Below are positions 1-64,000 of a stretch of DNA of 64,000 nucleotides, piece after piece. The stretch's first letter is position 1; each line of letters opens with the position of its first letter. The stretch covers positions 52,018,001-52,082,000 of the forward strand of contig OX597832.1 in the NCBI GenBank assembly GCA_951406725.2, read 5' to 3'. This DNA comes from Octopus vulgaris (taxonomy: Eukaryota). The notes beneath the pieces were generated by a model. It had not been told where the DNA came from. It was given only the letters and a program-made list of their open reading frames with translations, and searched no databases. The translations under genes were made by a program, and so were the position numbers.

Positions 1-370
1 CCAACCAAAGACAAAAGCTGAAAGAAGCCCATTAAATATATATAGTTCTGTATCTAGTTCTAGAGATTGATAGAATAAGTACTAGGCTTACAAAGAATAA
101 GTCCTGGGGTCGATTTGCTTGGCTAAAGGCAGTGCTCTAGCATGGCCACAGTCAAATGACTGAAACAAGTAAAAGAGTGAAAAGAGTAAAAGAAAATTTC
201 TTTCGAAAATAACCAGCGAAACTTTGTGTGATGTAGCATGTTCTGAAATATTTAGATTGGAAAATAGAATATCTAGAATATCCATTGCCTAGTATAATTT
301 TTTCTTGATCATTATTTCTAAAATGCTTTTTTGAGAAAGTAGAAGCAAATGTATAGATATATATATATAT

Positions 371-371
<1 letters not shown>

Positions 372-444
<73 letters not shown>
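372..444. repeat. (GATA)n microsatellite abutting a splice donor
   Basis: Direct. Confidence 0.95.
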
Positions 445-445
<1 letters not shown>

Positions 446-448
446 TAC

Positions 449-62250
<61,802 letters not shown>

Positions 62251-62330
62251 CTGAAATGTGAAAATAATGGTGCATAATTTACAATTTAAGCAAAAAATAT
62301 TTATCGTGAAATAATAAAAACAGTAACATG

Positions 62331-63900
62331 TGCTACGGTAAACACATGCTACGGTAAACACATGCTACGGTAAACACATGCTATGGTAAACACATGCTAC
62401 AGTAAACACATGCTATGGTAAACACATGCTATGGTAAACACATGCTATGGTAAACACATGCTATGGTAAACACATGCTACGGTAAACACATGCTACTGTA
62501 AACACATGCTATGGTAAACACATGCTACAGTAAACACATGCTACGGTAAACACATGCTATGGTAAACACATGCTACCGTAAACACATGCTATGGTAAACA
62601 CATGCTACGGTAAACACATGCTCATGCTACGGTAAACACATGCTATGGTAAACACATGCTACCGTAAACACATGCTACGGTAAACACATGCTACGGTAAA
62701 CACATGCTACGATAAACACATGCTACGGTAAACACATGCTACGGTAAACACATGCTACGGTAAACACATGCTATGGTAAACACATGCTATGGTAAACACA
62801 TGATATGGTAAACACATGCTACGGTAAACACATGCTACGGTAAACACATGCTACGGTAAACACATGCTATGGTAAACACATGCTACGGTAAACACATGCT
62901 ACGGTAAACACATGTTATGGTAAACACATGCTATGGTAAACACATGCTGCGGTAAACACATGCTATGGTAAACACATGCTACAGTAAACACATGCTACAG
63001 TAAACACATGCTACGGTAAACACATGATACGGTAAACACATGCTATGGTAAACACATGCTACGGTAAACACATGCTACGGTAAACACATGCTATGGTAAA
63101 CACATGCTATGGTAAACAAATGCTATGGTAAACACATGCTACAGTAAACACATGCTACGGTAAACACATGCTACGGTAAACACATGCTATGGTAAACACA
63201 TGCTACGGTAAACACATGCTATGGTAAACACATGCTATGGTAAACACATGCTATGGTAAACACATGCTATGGTAAACAAATGCTATGGTAAACACATGCT
63301 ACGGTAAACACATGCTATGGTAAACACATGCTACGGTAAACACATGCTACGGTAAACACATGCTATGGTAAACACATGCTATGGTAAACACATGCTACGG
63401 TAAACACATGCTACAGTAAACACATGCTACGGTAAACACATGCTACGGTAAACACATGCTATGGTAAACACATGCTACGGTAAACACATGCTATGGTAAA
63501 CACATGCTATGGTAAACACATGCTACGGTAAACACATGCTACGGTAAACACATGCTATGGTAAACACATGCTACGGTAAACACATGCTACGGTAAACACA
63601 TGCTATGGTAAACACATGCTATGGTAAACACATGCTACGGTAAACACATGCTATGGTAAACACATGCTACGGTAAACACATGCTACGGTAAACACATGCT
63701 ATGGTAAACACATGCTACGGTAAACACATGCTACGGTAAACACATGCTATGGTAAACACATGCTACGGTAAACACATGCTACGGTAAACACATGCTACGG
63801 TAAACACATGCTACGGTAAACACATGCTATGGTAAACACATGCTATGGTAAACACATGCTATGGTAAACACATGCTATGGTAAACACATGCTACAGTAAA
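62331..63900. repeat. 16-bp minisatellite (GGTAAACACATGCTAY), ~98 copies
   Basis: Direct; variants TACGG, TATGG, TACAG. Confidence 0.97.
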
Positions 63901-64000
63901 AATATTTGAGAGACTGGTGTGTTTTTGTTGACTTTTGTTCGGTGTTGTATCAATTCTTTCTTGCAAGAATTCTTCAGATAGGAATGGTGGGTGGGTAGAG

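Noticed and set aside
62331-63900. CRISPR-like array
   Set aside because: Head-to-tail 16-bp units with no unique spacers, no cas genes, eukaryotic intron context.
63945-63980. CTGAAGA...GAAA string on the minus strand
   Set aside because: Stems incompatible with the hammerhead fold; region is better explained as possible coding sequence.

Overview
Eukaryotic, AT-rich, microsatellite-dense genomic DNA. The SINE and microsatellite landscape looks like an octopus (coleoid cephalopod) genome; that assignment is inference. The whole window lies inside one large minus-strand gene, an axonemal dynein heavy chain most similar to DNAH6. I traced 45 GT-AG exons (62250 down to 449) that splice in phase into an uninterrupted 6981-nt, 2327-aa frame covering the N-terminal tail, linker, AAA1 (GPAGTGKT), AAA2 (GPTGGGKT), AAA3 (GDTGVGKS) and the run-up to AAA4. 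The gene continues off both ends. Introns hold several tRNA-headed SINE families, CR1/RTE-type LINE ends, Tc1/mariner relics, piggyBac-like MITEs, Helitron-like elements and long simple repeats. Most interesting non-coding signals: (i) several minimal type-I hammerhead-ribozyme motifs in TA-microsatellite-bounded, Penelope-like segments, one with an intact core at 28615-28685 and a cluster of four at 39828-40960; (ii) a ~98-copy 16-bp minisatellite in a 5' intron whose unit carries a forkhead site (GTAAACA) overlapping an RFX X-box-like sequence; (iii) a G-to-D change in the conserved AAA1 MNPGYAG motif that one A-to-I edit would repair; (iv) a splice donor supplied by a SINE fragment; (v) several long hairpins. 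Nearly all ORFs in the supplied track other than the dynein exons and transposon relics are repeat artefacts.
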